Shown here: piece by piece, positions 61,510 through 64,000 of the stretch
Numbering within the stretch: the first letter of the stretch is position 1
Layout: each line of letters starts with the position of its first letter
Assembly (NCBI GenBank): GCA_002269645.1
Contig: NIVC01002571.1
Coordinates: 74,520-138,519 of the forward strand
Reading direction: 5' to 3'
DNA: 64,000 bases
Source of the DNA: Macrostomum lignano
Lineage: Eukaryota
Made by a program: the position numbers and the translations under genes
Notes under the pieces: generated by a model
The model's input: only the letters and a program-made list of their open reading frames with translations
Database searches by the model: none
What the model was told of the DNA's origin: nothing

Positions 61510-63193
61510 TCCTGAGTGTGTGCCTGCGCGTGTGACTGCTCAGAGGAGTCGGCGGAATGGGCAGCAATGCCTCTCGCCGGTTGTGTGACAATTTCGCTTA
61601 AAGTGCGCCAGGGTGCACACAGTCCCTCTGCCTCTATAGTCTAACAAAAATATGGTATACTGATTTAATGTTGTAGTGATGTACTGTGACTTGGAGTGGC
61701 AAGTGTGTTTTGCTAGTTACTGTACCGAAAAAGGTGCTGGAGTTCCAATATTTAGCGCCTCCATTCTGCAGCAGAAATGTATACTCAGCAATATCGATAG
61801 TCGCCATCACAGAAGATTCCGTCTTCTGTCAGTCTCTCAATCTTTGCGAGTGACGCAACTTAGCGACGCCTCGGCGGACTTGAGTTGAGGAATGAAGTGG
61901 GGGGGAGCGGTGTGCGAGGGTTGGACGGATTAAAGCTACCCCGATCAGTTTTCTCGTATCTTTTATTTCAGAATAGTCCAAGAGAAATTGCTCACTGGCG
62001 CATAGAGTGGCGGCTTTTCAATGTTGCTGAGTATACTCTTTAGTAGTTCCAGTCCCTGCTAAGCTCAAATTAAGAAGTCGGACTTCGAGTTGCAATGCAG
62101 ATTGGAGCACAAGTTTCTCTCCGAATATCAGCCGCACTCACCCTCTTTTGCTCTGCTCTGAATCAGTTGAGTCCGTGAGCCAAATCGTCCAGTAAAACAG
62201 AGAGAGAGAGAGGGGGGGAACCGGGAACGCAAACCGATGAGGACTCCAGGGATTCACAAGCAGCTGCGATTGCTTGCCAAGCTGAAGAGAGAAAAATAGG
62301 CTGGACGAGGCGGGGCGGCCTGTCCAAGGGGATCCGGGCAAGTGAAGTTTTTTCGGATGGGAGGGAAGTCGATGGGATAAGGCAGGAGGTGCCTCCGCAC
62401 TAGTAGGTAAAGAGCATTGGCATCGAGATAAGAAGATTTCCTCTGGCTCGAGTGAGTTTCCAGTCCGGAATGCCCGGTGACGCTGGGCTCCGCTCTCATT
62501 TCCCCGGGTTCTCATCAAAGTTATATGTTATGTATCCATGCCGCCGAATCGGTCCACAAACTGCCGGAGCTCCTTCGCTCATCTCCAACTAGCAACCCCT
62601 GTCTATCTTTCTTATTACATGCGTTGCACTTCTGCGCCATAAGTCAGTGGGAGACCGGATTTATTTCATCTCGTAATAAACAGTTGGCCACTGGGACAAG
62701 CTGGGCCGGGACTTCTGGCTTCTGTATATGGTGGCATTTTTAAAGACACGACTCTCCATCCCCTTATACTGACTGCAGAATTCTTTTTGGAGAGGGCGGA
62801 ATTATCCCTGCATTTATCTTTGGGGAATAATTGATGGGAGCTTCCCACGGCTGCTTGCGGCTGTGCGGAACCTAGTTTACTAGCAATAATTGCGCTGCGA
62901 GCTCTGCGCTTTCTCTCTTGTCCTTGCTGTCTCTCTCTGTCTTTCTCACTCTCCTGTTCTGTCGCCTCTGCCTCCTCTCACCTCTCTTCCCCTCCTTTCT
63001 CCTGTCTCCTCTCACTCCACTCTCCTTCCGCTGTCTAACCTGTCTCCTGTCCCCTGTCCCCTGTCCCCTGTCTCCCGTACCGTTTCTCCTGGCTCCCGTC
63101 TCCTGTCTTTCATCTCCTCTCACTCCTTTCTCCTTTCTGTTCTCTCTATCATATCCCCCTCTAACTCACCCCCCCCCTAAAGTCCCTTTAAGC

Positions 63194-63550
63194 CAGGGGT
63201 CGGAAATTCCGGCCCGCGAGGCCTCTCTCTCCTGCCCTCGGGTCTTTTGAAACTTCACACTAGCAATCCGGCCCGCTTAAGTTTCTCTTCACTCCTCTCC
63301 TCTCTTCCCTATCCTCTCTAGTTCTTTCCCATCTCCTCTCTCCCTCTCTTTTCCTCTTTTCTTCTCTCCTCTCTCCCTCTTCTCCTTTCTTTTCCCATCC
63401 CCTCTCTCCCTTCTACTCTCCTCTTATCCCACAACATAGCGCTTCTCTCATTCTCATTCTATTCTCTCTTCTTTCCTCTATCACCTGGCACGCAGCCACG
63501 ATTTGGATTTTTTATATGGCCCTTGAGGCAAAAAAGTTTGCCGATTCCTG
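63194..63550. mobile_element. hAT (Charlie-like) MITE, 357 bp
   Basis: Perfect 8-bp TSD CTTTAAGC (63186-63193 and 63551-63558). TIRs CAGGGGTCGGAAATT and CAGGAATCGGCAAAC (10/15 identical), with subterminal CGGCCCGC motifs typical of Charlie/MER58-type ends. Confidence 0.85.
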
Positions 63551-63559
63551 CTTTAAGCC

Positions 63560-63778
63560 CTCTCTTCTCCCTCTCTTCTCCCTCTCTTCTCCCTCTCTCT
63601 CTCCCTCTCTTCTCCCTCTCTTTTCCCTCTCTTCTCCCTCTCTTCTCCCTCTCTTCTCCCTCTCTTCTCCCTCTCTTCTCCCTCTCTTCTCCCTCTCTTC
63701 TCCCTCTCTTCTCCCTCTCTTCTCCCTCTCTTCACCTCCTCTTCTCCCTCTCTTCTCCCTCTCTTCTCCCTCTCTTCA
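63560..63778. repeat. 11-bp repeat (CTCTCTTCTCC)n
   Basis: About 20 copies. Confidence 0.95.
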
Positions 63779-64000
63779 AAGTTCGATATTGAGCTAGTGA
63801 AGCAAGCAAGCAGATTGTAGAGCTAACCGAAGACAAACTATAGCGAAATTAGGCAAATTCGCTAAGCGCATGGGTCGCACCTCCTCCTTCCCAAAGTCCC
63901 CGCGCTCCCTATAACCCCAGCAATAGTGCAAGTGGTCCTCATTGTCGCTTGTTTGCAGCCCCAGCGTCGCTACCTGTGTTGGCCAGATCAAGTGCAAATC

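Overview
Eukaryotic (metazoan) genomic DNA with GT-AG introns and GC-rich exons. The repeat-packed introns and gene content suggest a free-living flatworm such as Macrostomum, which is an inference only. Six protein-coding genes can be reconstructed: a membrane-anchored protein with an RDHSYG motif (minus strand, cut off at the window start), an intronless secreted PAN-like/LamG protein, a CIP4/FNBP1-like F-BAR-HR1-SH3 gene, an intronless TMEM179-like gene, a 10-exon M14 carboxypeptidase B-like gene, and a MEC-2-like stomatin. Most larger introns are filled by their own minisatellite. Mobile DNA includes an RTE-clade LINE with a 5' inversion typical of twin priming, a three-copy tRNA-derived SINE family with a covarying 3' hairpin (one copy has spawned a minisatellite), a CORE-like SINE, a hAT MITE with an 8-bp TSD, and two foldback-like structures. 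No CRISPR array, rRNA or intact tRNA was found. All family assignments are from motif recognition by eye; no database searches were run.
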